Shown: in pieces, positions 1-14,491 of the stretch
How positions within the stretch are numbered: position 1 is the first letter of the stretch
How the letters are laid out: every line of letters starts with the position of its first letter
Origin: Octopus sinensis
Taxonomy: Eukaryota
Direction: 5' to 3'
Assembly: GCF_006345805.1 (NCBI RefSeq)
Contig: NW_021836133.1
Location: 1-64,000 of the forward strand
Length of the DNA stretch: 64,000 nt
Notes under the pieces: model-generated
Database searches by the model: none
The model's input: the letters and a program-made list of their open reading frames with translations, nothing else
Told to the model about the DNA's origin: nothing
Program-made: the position numbers and the translations under genes

Positions 1-2756
1 TCTCCGTCAGCCGAAGATGCTTTAAGATTCATCTATTCTTCTCGCCGTAACCGCCAAATTCCGGCACGGATACCGAAGGCAGCGAGGATTCAAGCTGCTC
101 TCTCTTTGTCCACAGCTATAAACCGCGCTTTGTCATCTAATGACCAGTCTGACTGGTTACTCCTTTTTGGTTTTGCTGTTTTCGGTATTGGGATCCACCC
201 CTCCGGCCCGACAGCGAGTCTAAAAAACTTTATCCCGCATCGATTATTAAACAGCAACTCGCCCTATTCGATCATTGTACTTCTCTGTTTCCCTCCCAGT
301 TCGATTCCCTCCACTCTGACTCTCACAAATGTGTCGCCCCTTTTGTGGTTAACATAAAACTTCCTCCGATTGCATTTACCTCCGTCGTAAGGTGAACAGC
401 AAGCTGTTGGATGGCGATGTCCGTGGAGCTGTCAGACTTGTTGCCTCCTCTAACCGGCTTTTGTCCCCATCTCCTTCCGTTTCGGCTAATTTGAGATCCA
501 AGCACCCCAGTCTTCCAGTAAACTCCCGCACCAACCCGCTATCGATACGACCGCCCTTCCGCAACTGCTGGTTACCGCTTCACAGGTGAGAAGGCACTGA
601 AAAGTTTTTCCCCAAGCAGCAGTGGGGGTATAGATGGGCTGAAGCCCGGACACATTAAAGACTTGACTTCACCTCTTACTGCTGAGGCAGGCCGTCTCCT
701 CTGGAATCTATCACCAATCTCTGTAACCGTCTTATCGGTGGAATTTACCGGATTTTGCCCGGGCGATTTTCTTCTCGGCTAATCTCACTGCTTTGGGTAA
801 AAAAGATAACGGGGTCAGGCCGATCGCCGTGGGTAATGTTTTTCCGCAATTGGCCGGAAAGCTCGTTTGCCACGTTGTGATCCCCGAGTTGGTCCCGAAA
901 TTTTTGCCAGTCCAATTGGGCGTCGGCGTCAGTGGAGGGTGTGAATCGGCTGCCCATGCCGTAAGAGAACTTATGGATTCTTCATTGGAATATCTTTTAG
1001 TTAAACTGGACATATCAAATGCGTTTAACACAGTGAGACGGGATCATTTGCTCGAGACCTGCCTTTCTCTCGCCCCCTCCGCTTATCCTCTGGTCCACCT
1101 TTCGTACTCACAACCCAGCCTCCTCCTGTTTTGGCGATTCCTTTATCGTCTCATCGACCGGAGTGCAACAGGGAGATCCCCTGGGGCGTTTCCTATTTGC
1201 TATGTGTGTCAACTCCGTCGCTCATTCTGTCCGCTCTCCGGTAAATATGCTGGTACTTGGACGACGCGACGATTTGTGGACCTCCCCGCTCTGTCTTAGA
1301 CGACCTGCGGAGCATTATCCCGGCCCTTTCATCCATCGGTCTGGAGATAAACTCAAGCAAGTCCGAAGTCCTAAATCTGAATATTCCTTCCGATTTTTTT
1401 GCCGAAACTCTGGACGCCCTGGAACCTATTCTAAAAGGCGCGCGGGTATCAGAAACAAAGGACCTTGTAATCCTTGGCGCCAATTGGTCAAGGCCTCTCA
1501 CAAACGCTCATCGCCAAGGCAAGCATCTGTCAAAATGATCGAACGGCTTTTCCTCATTGATGCCCACGTCGGGTTTCTTTCTTCTGCGTAACTATTTCTC
1601 TACTCCGAGGCTTTTGTACACCCTAAGGAGTTCTCCCTTGTTTTCGCATGCCTAATCTGTTATCCGATATCGATTCTATCTTGAAGTCTGGAGCCGAGTA
1701 TCTGTGCAACATCCATTTCGACGCTCTGGGGTGGCTTCAATCTTCCCTGCCTGTTAATCTTGGGGGGATTGGCCTTCGTTCGCCCGTTTATCTGGCTCTT
1801 CCTGCCTTCCTCTCGTCCCTGGCATCATCCCGTGCCCTCACTGACATCGTTCTCAGAAACCTTCCCGAACGAAAAGTGTCAGTTGATCACGTGGCCGCTC
1901 TGGACCTTTGGGATTCTGCGTATACCAAAAGACCTGCCGACCCATCCGTCCAGGGTCAGTGGGATTCGATCACTTGTGACACTCTCTCCTCTGTCTTGCT
2001 TCAGAGTTTCGATCAGCACGGCTGGCCTGTCTTCGTGCGGGCTGCAGTCCGGGCAGTGGGGCCTGGCTTGACGCCCTTCCCCTACCGAACATCGGGACAC
2101 TACTAGACGGCGACTGTCTCAGAGTCGCTATTTCTCTGCGTCTCGGTTTGAAGATCTGTGAAATTCACAAGTGCCGCTGTGGGGCCATGATCGACCAGCA
2201 CGGACTACACTCTCTTTCCTGCAGACGCAGTGCTGGGCGGGCACCACGCCACACAGCCTTAAATGACGTCGTCTTGAGGGGTTTTCATCGCTGCCGGAAT
2301 TTCATCAATCCTAGAACCGGCCGGGCTTGCTAGGGGAGACGGAAAAAGACCTGACGGTCTATCCATCTTCTCCTTTGAGTTCGGCAAGTCGCTGATTTGG
2401 GACGCGACATGTTCAGATACTTTCTCTGAACCTAATCTTCCCTTGTCAGCCGTCTCAGCCGGTTCGGTGTCCCTTAGAACAGAAAAGCTTAAGATTGCGA
2501 AATATAGAGAACTCTCGGAGCGATATCTATTCGCCCCTGTTGCTGTCGAGACTTCAGGGTCATTGGGGAAAAGTCTTTGACTTTCCTCTATAAGCTCGGA
2601 CGTCTGATCTCTCTGAAGAGAAATGACACACGCGAGACGGGCTGGCTCCTTCAGAGGATTTCCCTTGCCATCGTACGAGGTAACTGTTTCTCCATCTACG
2701 AAGCGGGGAAGTCCTCTAACTAACTTTATCACATTTAATTACATTGAAAAAAAAAA
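1..2756 (+). mobile_element. CRE-clade non-LTR retrotransposon (RT + RLE endonuclease), frameshifted, 5' end outside window
   Basis: Motifs across frames: GVRPIAVG, QLGVGVSGGCESAAH, KLDISNAFN, QQGDPLG, YLDD, LPVNLGGIG, CRCG..HSLSC..RH, KRPDG..LIWDATC, EKLKIAKY..VAVET. A10 tract at 2747-2756. Confidence 0.85.
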
Positions 2757-3379
2757 TTACCAAATTTATTTTAGTAACATATGGGCCAGCGAGGTTGTCA
2801 CCACTAAACGGATTACAGGAAAATTATTTACCATAGACATATTGTTTTTAATGTTTCAATTTTTTCGGATGTACTTTCAACAAATTTACTGTTTACTCGA
2901 GAAGAATTGGATATATTTTCTTAAGAAATTTGACCAGCATAAATAATATCTGAAATTTCTTTCAAGTTCTTAGGAGGATAGGATTTCAAATATTCTTTAA
3001 TTCCAAATAGTAGCGATCTATAAAATAATGAGAAAATGACCTTTTATATAATGGTTTCCTTCTTTTGCAGTATCACTTTCTTCAATAATTTCGCTCTCAG
3101 TTTCTTCTTCACAAACATCAACATGCATAATTAATGGATTTCTTTGTTCTCCAGTCTCACCTTCCTCAGTAATGTTTTTTCCAAGTTTAGAAACAGTTTC
3201 TTCTTCAAAGACATCATCATAAATAATTAATGGGTTAGATCCTTTAATACCGCGGTATCTATGAAATGGAGTATCACCTAAAAGTTTGAAAATGTGACAA
3301 TTTAACCTGTAGAAGAATGTTTGGTTAAATTGTAGAAATATACTGCCTCTTTAATATGCTTTGTCCAACATTTTTTCTG

Positions 3380-3545
3380 AAGATTCCGACATCATTTTAG
3401 ATAAGCTTCTCGTAATCGTTTGATTGATTTAAGTTGTTCCGCAACTTCTTTCCCACTTTTATTTCGCAAATTCTCTGTGTAGGCATACTTAGAATAAACG
3501 TCGATAATTGTGAGTAACCATGAATTTGACTCATCACCGAATAAT
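3380..3545 (-). mobile_element. Ginger/KRBA2-like rve integrase relic
   Basis: Minus strand reads SWLLTIIDVYSKYAYTENLRNKSGKEVA, the start of the integrase core. Confidence 0.6.
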
Positions 3546-3683
3546 TTCCCTTTTTATTCCAACCTCTGATTCATAGACAATTATTATTTGTCATAATTTG
3601 TGCAAAAGTAAAATTTTTTTAAATTCTTCCACTCCTAGATTTAATCATTTAAATTTCATGTCAGAATTGAAATAAAAGTTGTA

Positions 3684-5239
3684 CAGTCGGACCTCGTTAT
3701 GAGCCAGACCTCGGGTATGATCCATACTCGGTTTATGATACAAACTCTATTTTTGAGCCACATTTTTTGAAACTGCTTTTTTCCTAAGGGGTTTGTAAAA
3801 ATCAATTAAAAATAGACCTCGTTATGAGCCATCTAAAAATTGCTAAAAACTAAATATTTTGTAATATAATTATTTTTATTTTATATATTTTATCGTTTAT
3901 TTTAAAGAATTTTTTCCTTATCACGTTGTTATCTTTGTTGAAGTATTTTCCACTGTTCTATGTTTTCTAGATGCCTAAAATGAAAATTGATCACGAAAAA
4001 AAACTCGAAATAGCCCAATATATTAAACGGAACCAGCTTTCAGAGCGCAGAATTGCGGAAATTTTCAAAGTTAGCAGGGCTACAATTTTACGTATAAAAA
4101 AAAGATTTCCCTTTTCTTGACAATGGAACTATTTATTCTGATTTATCCGAGTAAACTAGTAATTCTGAAAAGCTTAAAAATCTCGATCTTAAAGTTTTCG
4201 AAATTTTTCACGAATTGCGACTTGAAAAAGTTCCCTTATCTGGACCGACCATTAAGAAAATTGGGTCGATGGTCGCTTCAGTCGCGATGGTCATTAGCCT
4301 GCTTCTATGCTGCAGTTATCTTGGAGAGAAACTGGAGCCTTTAATTATCGGCAAATATCGAAACCCTCGGTGCTTAAAACAATTCAATCCTGATGTTTTT
4401 AACGTCATGTACTCTTCTTCTAAAAATTCGTGGATGACAACTGAAATTTTTAAAAGCTGGGTTTTTAAATTAAATACCAGAATGCTTTCTGAAAACCGAA
4501 AAATATTAATGTTGTTGGATAATGCTAGTTCTCATAGACTATCCGATTATTCAAACATTGAATTTTTATATTTACCTAAAAACACTACATCGTTAGTTCA
4601 GCCATTGGATATGGGCATAATTAAAGCACTGAAGACAAATTACAGTAATTTACTTATCGAATTCGTATGCATTTGTGAAAATAGAAGCAATTTTTTGGAA
4701 GCAATCAAAAGTTTCAATTTACGGAATGTGATGCAACTAATTTCTGAAGCCTGGGCCAATGTAACTTCAAATCAAATTCAAAATTGTTGGAAAAAAATTT
4801 TTGAGTGTAGATGGGAGGAAACAATAAATATCAATTCGAAGATTTATACGGACATGACAGAAATGGTGAACGAAGTCTTTGTCGAAGAATTGCTTGAAAG
4901 CGAAATAAATTTTTATAATGGTCCTGAATCAACAGACATCATAGATCCACTGACTCTTATTAATAATATGGAGGAAAATATATGCAAACTTTCTCCAGAA
5001 TTATTAAATGATTTCTACGCCCTAAGGAAAAAATAATGATTAATTTACGGGATAAAAATCGTTTTGGAGAAAAGATTACGCATTATTTCAAAAAAGTATA
5101 ACTTATGAACTGTTTCTATCTGTTTCTTGTGAACTATTTTTTACTTAAAGTACTGTTAATTAGGATTATTAGCGAACCTCGGTTTATGATACAACCTCGG
5201 TTTATGAGCCACCAAGTGGCTCAAACCGAGGTCCGACTG
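3684..5239 (+). mobile_element. pogo/Tigger DNA transposon with TIRs, internally deleted transposase (3971-5036)
   Basis: TIR CAGTCGGACCTCG..TGAGCCA at both ends, TA flanks at 3682-3683 and 5240-5241, subterminal CTCGGTTTATGA repeats. CENP-B-like HTH from ATG 3971; DDE region LLLDNASSH and VQPLDMGII in ORF 4215-5036. Confidence 0.92.
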
Positions 5240-5822
5240 TATCAATTAATCAATTTACTAATTCGAAAATTACTTTGTAATTAAAATTGACAAATAGAAA
5301 AGATTATTTAAGAATTTTTGTTAATCTTCCTTTGAGTCGTAGACTTTTGATTTAAGGCAAGGTATGACATAGTGAGAATAAAGTGTCTGACTAGGTAGTT
5401 CCCACTAACCAAGGGATGTGACATAATTATTACAAAAGAAGCAATTTTCTGTCATGGTATTCCATCAGAATGTTAAAATCCCAATTCTCTTTCATTTCTT
5501 TTATTTTACACCGGCTTTAAAATAAACATTTTAAACCCCAATCGAAATATGTTTATCCAATACTTAGTATTTGTTTATGACAGAATTTGACATTGTCGTT
5601 AGTAATATTCAATAGGCTTAATTGTTATTAAAAATGGATTTTATAGTCAAGCAACAGTCACAACTTCCACTGTATTGACATAAAATGGCGAATTCGCCAA
5701 ATTCAATAAATCGTGTATTAAAATTGAGACATCCCAAACATCTGTTTGGTATGAAAATCGATAATTTTTGTGATAAAAATGTCAGGGAAACAAATTTTCT
5801 TATCGCTAAAGAAAATAAACTG

Positions 5823-5935
5823 CGAGTATCAGTTGACTTGTTAAATGAATAAGCTTCTTTAATGAAATACGACGCGGAAAGATGTCGAGACATGACGGGT
5901 CAACGGTGTAGTTGCCTCAAAGAAGATATTAATTT
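5823..5935 (+). mobile_element. 3'-end relic of the R4-like family at 56065-59592
   Basis: GAGTATCAGTTGACTTG...GACATGACGGGTCAACGGTGTAGTT aligns by eye with 59475-59590. Confidence 0.7.
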
Positions 5936-7619
5936 TAAAAAACTTATTACTGAACATACTTTTTACAACTTGATGTGGGAATATCCGAACAGCTGCAAAT
6001 TCTACCAACTCAGACAAGAAACCTCATCAAATAATATTTTGGATCATGTTGACAAACAATGTTAAATTCTATTGTAATTGACAAGGAGATAACATAGCAA
6101 TAAACAGAACTTTGTATCGAAATAAAAATTGAACTAATCTCAATAATATAAAAATTTCACTAAAAAGTTTTCTCCATCTTAATAAAATTCTTAAAAAAAT
6201 ATAGATATTTTCCTTGCATGCAAGCATTAGAAAATGAAGGAGAAAAAACAAAATTTACTTAAGGTTTTGGACATGAGTATTTTTTAATATTTCGGATTAC
6301 AAATAATAATTCTTGGTTTTTTCAAAACGGAATATATAGATCTAGACTATAACGTTACGTTTGCAGTTGAAATCGTTTAGAACGGAGTCATACGAACTTC
6401 ATAAAGAATATAATATCAGTCTATCTTATACAATATCAGTCTGAATTTTCAGAGTTACTAAATTTTAATTAGAAATTAGCACAAATATGATGGCTAACAC
6501 TTTTTTCCGACGACTTCGGTTTTATAAAGCTCACAAAAATCCCACTTTTCCGGAGAAAGAGAAAAGTCGGGGCAACACTTGATGACTTTAGAACCATATT
6601 TATCAAATCACATTTTTAGACTCATATTCCTCATTTTTGACCAGACCTAAACAAAAGTCAAAGGAATAATCTCCACAAGATTCATCGAAGTAAACGGAAT
6701 ATTCAACAGTATTGAAATGAGTACTGAAAAAATATTGTCGTGATGTATTCATGACAGTTACTTCAGGATTACTAGCTCACTGAAATCACCAAAGGCTACT
6801 TGACTGGATGACGAATGTTCGAGGTTAAATGGAATTTATATATCGATAACTGTAGCACGAACTACATCGTCGAAATACTCTCGTTTGACACTATTGAATT
6901 TTAAAATAATCAATTAGTGTAATTAAGAGATACATACATGCCTCTATACATGGCGAATAACTACAATCACACTGTATCAGTGATAGAAACGTATTTTAAA
7001 GGTGAATCTGAAGATACAACAAATTCCACACGCAGAAACGCGTATAATTCATATGAATATCCAATGAATTTTATTCCCTTCCAGCCTATCTATTCATGTA
7101 TTCAACAAAATAAATTGATTTATATGTTAGATCAATCACGAGTCTTCTATCAATTCTCGAACTGATCAACATTTGGATAAAGGGACCATTTATCTAGCAA
7201 ATCAATGTTGGTTGGTGATCCCCAAATTTGATTACTTTTTATAGTTTCCCTCAATCAAAAAACAGTGCAAGAAAGCAGCGATAAAATATAAGTCGATCGC
7301 CAAAAAATCGCAATATGAAAAGTAGCTTGCCGGTGAAAAAGGTTGGCCACCCCTGCGATAAACAAACCAATTCGCAAAACCGAAAATTTTAATATATAAA
7401 CAGATTATAGGAATAAACTCAAAAAATACACATGATGAATTTCCAGATAATGTAAGCATTAAAAAAATTACATCTCAGATTATTCCTTTTAAAGCCATTT
7501 ACATAAAAAATAAAGTGTGAGAGGTCTTAACTAAGCAATAGAAAGTGTGAGAAAATCCAAATAATGAAATTAGCGATGAATCAAATGTTAATAGTTTAGA
7601 CTAATTAAAAAGTGTTAAA

Positions 7620-8561
7620 CAAACCAATTCTCAAAAACGAATGACGAGTTAATATAGTTTAGAGTGGTTATCTGGAGAACATTGGAGAATATATGTGCAA
7701 AACATAAGTTTGAAATGGTCCGGCCGGAAGAATCCCTAATGGATTGGTTTATAAACGGAACAACGGAGTAAGCTTTGCCGAGTGTGCCCATCAAACTGAG
7801 AATGACCGCAGAGCCAAGCGCTGGCTCGAAAAGGAAGAAAATTGACTGAGAGCAAACGCATTAAACTTAATCACTCTTATTTACCACAGGATTATTTCCC
7901 CTCTTCTGTACTTTTCTTTGTTACCCAACAGGCCACATAACAAGGAAGATAACTCGATGGGAACGTAGTGGCCACTCCGCACTTTATCTAGCAATCTGGC
8001 TTTTCCCAACTACATAGATCTATTGAGAAAATAAAGTTGGTGAAATGTCCCGTGGTGGACAGAGTCCCTACACATTCTTCGACCACATGACTCACCAGCT
8101 CTCGTCAGTGTCTTATAAACTAAACACACTGAGATTTTCCGTATTTATGTAGTAGCACGCAATAATGGTCAAGTTGGGCATTTCCTTCTCAATCTGTGCT
8201 TGGTAACTTATCAGGGCATCGATAGTGTTCCGTATTTTCACACCGGTCTTTTGTTCCTGGTCTTATTTCCTTGAACTAGTAAGCACGGTTAATGAAACTC
8301 TATCATTGCCACAATGTCCGAGTTGGCGAGGTTGATATATTTATTATAAAACGTGGAATATGCTTTGAAAGGGAACAGAGATTTGTTGATGAGGTCGATT
8401 AGTCGATTCCGTAATTCCTCTACTTTGGGTTCATTTGATCCAACACTTTCTAACAGAGTAAATGTCCAAATAAGGGATTTCCCCTGCTCGTAAGATAAGA
8501 TGATCATTAACACTCTCTTGAAAAGAGAAAACATCGACACTATCAGAAAGAAGTTGCACAT
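7620..8561 (-). CDS. Unidentified multi-exon coding region, possibly decayed
   Basis: GC-richer segment with successive open blocks in changing frames (YINLANSDIVAM; DQEQKTGVKIRNTIDAL; LGKARLLDKVRSGHY; EPALGSAVILSLMGTLGK) separated by short GT..AG-like gaps. No family recognised. Confidence 0.35.
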
Positions 8562-9039
8562 AACGAACTACAGATTCCTAATAAATAAATCTTTTATTCC
8601 AATTTATAAATTAAATATTCTATATACTGGTTGTAGAAATCTATAGGGCTCTACGTTGATTAGTTTTATGTTGGTAATAAATTATTTCAATACTATAATA
8701 TTATTAAAATTTATTTCAAATTAAAATGAAATCGTGTTTGATAAATAAATTCTAAATACCAGATTATCACTTCTTGTGGACTGACCAGAAATGATTTTTA
8801 ACGTTTTTTTTATTTATAATAAAAAATTAGAACGATTTCCACAATACTTCATTAATATTCTCATTGATTTCTTTTTTATTAGGCTCTTCAATTATACTTA
8901 TTTTTTACCTCAAGAATGCTTATTTGGCATTCTTAATTTTCTTTGACACAATTTCGGTTTATTTTATCCTAAAAAATGGACCTCAAAATAATTATTCTGA
9001 ATATAAAAACGTTTCATTTTTAATTCAATTTTTGTAGAC

Positions 9040-9320
9040 TATAAAAAACTCAACGATTTTGGGATTAGTTTTGTCCATTGGGCTCTTTTTTGTACTATTT
9101 TGGTCAAAGCATATACTATTTGGAATATTTCTCATACAACTGTGCATGTTTCATTATTTAGAATTTATATGTGCCAATGTTGCAAAAGTGTATGATTTTT
9201 CGAACGAATCGTTTCTTTTTACAAATGGAGATTACTTTTATGCGATGGGGATAGCAATTTTTGAATATTATGTTTCTATTTTCTTATTTCCCGGTTTTTC
9301 ATCTTTTTTTATATTTCCAA
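9040..9320 (+). pseudogene. ICMT: Isoprenylcysteine carboxyl methyltransferase-like, N-terminal fragment only
   Basis: FGIFLIQLCMFHYLEF...ESFLF...EYYV..LFP resembles ICMT FGWY..SLSLFHYSEY..DSFLL..WLEF..FWP. The catalytic C-terminal half (RHPSY) is not convincingly found. Confidence 0.6.
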
Positions 9321-12300
9321 GGCTTTAGAGAAAATTTTAAAAATGATTATTGTTTATTGTCAATACCCTAACACATCAGCACATCTTCCTCCGTTTTATT
9401 GGTTACAACAGGCTCATTTAAAAATAGAGAGAATGTTATTTGTATTTTTTTATGACCAGGATAAAAAAGAAAATAGTTACTTTATATATAATCTATCCAA
9501 AAATAATAACAAGATTCTTCTATTCGTGTTTAAAATTATTTATAAGGTTTTTTGTTAATTTATTTTTATTAAAGTTCTAAATTTCTTCAAAAAGTAAAGT
9601 TTTTAAATTCTTTTTCTGAATTATATAATTTTATTGGAAATGCAGAAGAACCAATTGTACCACTTCAAATGAGAAGGTTTTGATATTTTTCAGAGAGTAA
9701 TTTTTAGATTTATTCATTAAACTGTTTAATTTCTAGATTTTATTTAAAAAATAAAATTCTTTAATAAGTTGATAATTAAAAAATCCTATCACATTTATTA
9801 AATAAAAAATTGAGATTTACAAATTAAACTCGACATCGATGATGGGAAAGTAGGTTGCTCAATCCCTAAACTTCAGAGAATTTTATCAATATCTTTTATG
9901 TCGGAAATATTATTTTATATTTAATAAAATAATAATGTAGATTGCACTTTTATATTCAAAAAGGGGAGACTCCACGAATCTTCCTCCCATCTTCTCTGTA
10001 AATCCTCTAATAAATACAATCCAACTCTTTTTGCTAATTAAATGGCTAAAAGGAATTTTTTATTTTATTTATTATGTCACCAAGACACGTTATAATGGAA
10101 CTAATTAATCTGTGATTATGTTGCACTTTGAAAGCGACCTCATCCTTGTTTGGTAATCTTCCTACGAGTCCACACAAAACCGTATCTGGCGGCTAATCGG
10201 TTTGCAGCATTTTTATGGACTTGGGAATTTTGTCTGGGATGGTTTGGTTCTATGGAAAGTATATCGTCCTGGTACGAGGATCTCCCATGGGTAGAGGTTC
10301 TTTTGATGTGGGTATTAGGTTCCTCCTGGGCGTTTCGAGATCCAACTGACTTGGTGGAGCAGATAAATCCACGCTAAATTAGTTGATTCAGGAATAAAAA
10401 GATTCCATTTTTCAACTGTATCATACCAAAAGGACTCATCGGTCTACGGCCAGGGAACGTTGACGAGATTTGATTCTAGCTGGAAAGTTGTTTCTTTTGC
10501 AATAAAACCAGACCAATTAAATCCAACTCGTGAAAGATTAGCAATCCAAAAGTTAAATAGACTTGAATATATCTTTATCAATCTTTACGACTCGATCACA
10601 TCATACGAAAAGGAATCCCACTCTTATTTCAGTTTAAAATTATAAATCTAAAATATGGATTTATTAGGTAATAACAAAGATTGTATAGCTTTGTAGGTCC
10701 TAAGAATGGGAAATAGATTTATTAAGTGCCTCTAAAGTTTATATCTCAAAAAAGTTAAAAGAAAACTACGAAACTTTAAACAAAATTTTTGTTTTAAAAA
10801 ATATCGAACTTGTAGAAAGGGCCTAATAAATTATCAAAAACTGAAAATCGTTATGAAATTTCGAATTTTGGAAATTCGGGTCATCTAATTTGAATTGGAT
10901 TCTTGAAAATCTTAAAAAGAAAAAACGAAACTTTAGCCAAAATTATTTTCTTAAAAAATCTTATGTAGTAAGAATTAGAAGTCAAAAAAATATCAAACTG
11001 GTTGAAAGACTCAGGTAGATTATTAAAAACTGAAAATCACAATAAAATCTCAAATTTCAAAATTATATTCTTTTATTTGGGTCATCTAATTTAAATTGCA
11101 TTCCTGAAAATCATTAAAAAACTGTTTTTTCATGTTTTTAATGAGCTATTTTTTTCAAAAAGAATAAAATATAATTTTTTGTGAGTTAATAACTAATTAT
11201 ATGATTCATTTGATCAATTTTTATTGTTTTTCCTATTTTAGTTCTTTTAAAGAATTCAGAAAATTCAACTGATATTTTAAAAATGTGAGCTATGTGTTAA
11301 TAATTTTAACAGTATATCTTTTTTCCTTCATTTATGTATTAGAGATATTGTCAAATCGTTTTAGGTGGTTATATTCGAAGAGAATTTGCTTAACTTGCTT
11401 TCGCAGTGGTTCTCTCGGGCAGTAGCATAGCACAAAAAAACTGATTCTTGTAGATTCGTTTTTGTTAAAGTTTTTTGCATTTCCTTTAGCATCCTTAGTT
11501 TTATGTCTAAGCAGGTTTAGATATTATATTTCCAAACAACATAATCTGTAGCCATGTGGGTTTTCTTCGACATAAAACCATTCCTGTCAAAATTTCACGA
11601 TTTAGATTTGGCAAGTGATGTATGTGAAGTGTTTAAACACTTTTTTTCTCTGAACTTGATCCTCATGTAAGACCATTTGTCTGGGTACTTTCTTTTCTTG
11701 ATGAAAGAGTACAGACTATTACTTGCCAACTTTCATATCTCCTCTTTGAGCCGTCTCCTGTTAAGCCCGCAAAGGTCTTTGTTGACTTTTTCCTGCTACT
11801 TTCCTCGTAGATTTCTTTGGATTGCTTAGAATCAATTGGATATTTTTAATCTGAGCACACAACTAAATGACAGTTCATTTATAAACCTCAACAGTTGACC
11901 CCACTACGCTCTTAATATTGGCAAGATTTTTCTGTAGAAAACTTCTGATTTTAATTCTCACCAATCAGAAATCATCTGCCACGGGCCTCCTCCCGAATTT
12001 TGCTTTGGCAACAATCACTATTTCCCAACTTAATGCGACTTTTCACAGTCATGTGCCTAAAAATAATATTAAATTTTTTTCAAACTATCATGATTCTTAT
12101 ACATGGATTTAAGAAATTTAAATTATATTATTATCGTTTAATTTATTAAATGGTAAACCTAAAAATTTATAAATTCACACTTTTAATTAATTATGACGAG
12201 TCGCACGTTCTTTTGTTGTTCTTATTTTGCTGCAAATATTAATTTTTTATTCATAATTATTATTATTTCTATTCAAGGACTTTATGCATATTGATATTTG

Positions 12301-14491
12301 CTCAGAACCTTCCATGAATTAAAAAAAATTGTTGGTTATGAGTTTGTTTTTACAATATTGTGATATGTATTATTCCTTAGTTTATGATTTAATAATATAT
12401 TATTTTATTCACTTTGATGACTTTTTTTGATGACCTAATTTTTTAAATTCCAATCGTCAAATCGATTCTAAATGTTATGTATAATTTTATTTTTCAGACA
12501 TTTTTTAATTTATTTTTCTATTTTTTTGAATCAACATTACTTAATGATTATTAATGTTTGCTATACTTTTATTCTATGCCGAATTTTCATTTCATAAAAT
12601 AAAACAGTTGTATTGTTTGATTTCCCAGTATTTATTTTTTGGCTTATCTGTTCTAAGTACAAATAAAGTAATATATTGTCAAATAATTTGAATTTAAATT
12701 TAATTGAAAACAATACTAAAATTGATTGTGTGGTACTTTTCAGAAATAGTTTCTGGAGCTTTACGCAGGATAGCGTAAGATAAGGCACAATTGGTGTATT
12801 CGTTTCTTGTCTTTTGTTTATTTCAACGAAGTATCTTTCGAGAAATTTTGCGATCAGCAAAAGAATAACATATACAATGAGTTCAAAAAAACCGGTTTTA
12901 TAATTTCTCCAATTTTTTTAAATTTGTAATTCTCGGAGAGTAAACTCGTATCCCTTTTTTTAATTATTTATTTTTTAAGAGATATTTTGAATTTAAATTT
13001 ACAACGCGCAAAAAATATATACAGAGAAATTCCTACAAAATGTGTTCTTTTGCTGCTGCAAGTCAGTGTCACCATTACTGTATTCACACGCACATTTGTT
13101 CTAAAGGAGTTTTGATTTTCGATTTGTGGATTTAATTCGTACTGAGTATATTCCTTGATGGTGAATTGCCACAATGTTTCATTTTATTCGTTGTTGAAAT
13201 TTTTCCTTATAACATTATAACAGTTAAATGAAATTAAAAAAATATTTATTTGACAAAAAGAAAGACATTAAATTCATTTGATTCCTATTAGGACACTGTT
13301 TTTCTTCAGGAACTGCGTTTATATATGGCACGATTGATATGTTTAACACTTCTGTCATGTCTTGCTAACAATATATCTTTTGGTTTAATTCCATTGTAAG
13401 TGAATTAACCCATCATATGCTTCTTCGGTGTTTGTGCTACGTTATCTCTGTGTAGTCGTTGTTGCAGTCGTTGCTTCCAAGGACCTCTTTGTTTGAATTT
13501 GTATTTATTTTTACACGTCTTTCGGAAAAGAAAATTAATGAAAAGGATAGTATCTCATTTGACCTTAATCATTATAATCATTATAATTATATATTTTTAC
13601 AGAGAATATTGCTTGATAAAGGATGGCGGCAGATGTTGCTTTTTATTTGTATTTGAAATAATTTGTATAACATTTAAATGAGATCAAAAATATTTATTTG
13701 ACGACAATAAAGATAGTTTTTTGAAAGATTATTGAAGTATCTTTGTCTAAATTAAAATTATCCCTATTTGTCGGTAACTTAATTTTGCTGCCAATGAAAA
13801 ACTGTTTCTACCAAAAGTTCACTGTTTACCGAATGCATCCAACGTCTGCATATTTAATACATGTACTTATTTTTGCAAGCAAAAATTTATTTTCACCAAC
13901 GTGTTTAAAAATATTTTGCTACAATAGAAACATTAATATTTGTTTAATGTTTTAATATAGAAATCGATTTTTGATCCAATATTTATGTTTATTAAAAATT
14001 TGTATTTTGCAAAAATCTTTACTACATCAATTTAAACGCATTTAAAGATGAATTCAGTTCTCTAACGCTGTAACGATCATATTTTGACAATAAAATGTTA
14101 TTTTGTTCACCAAAACTTAGTCATAAGCTAATTATTAAGTATTTTGAATAATTCACTCTATTGTCTCTTTCACAATATCTTCCAGCCAACAATGTATATT
14201 TCAATATTCTCATAGTAGGTTTACAACAGATTTTTTAGGGACAGTCTTCATTTCATAATTTGTTTTTCTAAAGAAACTGTGTCATTATCCTTACCGGGAA
14301 CAAAAAGAACTTGTTAAACATTTGGTATGGATTCATTACAGATCAATAAACTGCAACTCATGCTGACCGTAATGGCGAATAAAATGCTGTGAAATAAAGT
14401 TTTCATTAATTAAAACACCGGTTCTCAACCTTTTTAACTCGGGGCAATAAACAGTTCAGTTGCAAACCGGTGAAAATATTTTATTAAAGAA

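Noticed and set aside
10150-10645. Gypsy integrase or viral remnant
   Set aside because: GC-richer patch, but no recognisable motif in any frame.
12561-13174. Missing DHODH C-terminal exons downstream of the break
   Set aside because: The minus-strand ORFs there lack the expected NTT, GGLSG and IIGVGG motifs.
14416-14472. 57-bp MITE bounded by CACCGGTT..AACCGGTG
   Set aside because: Only 8 bp of inverted match; better explained as a single hAT terminus.
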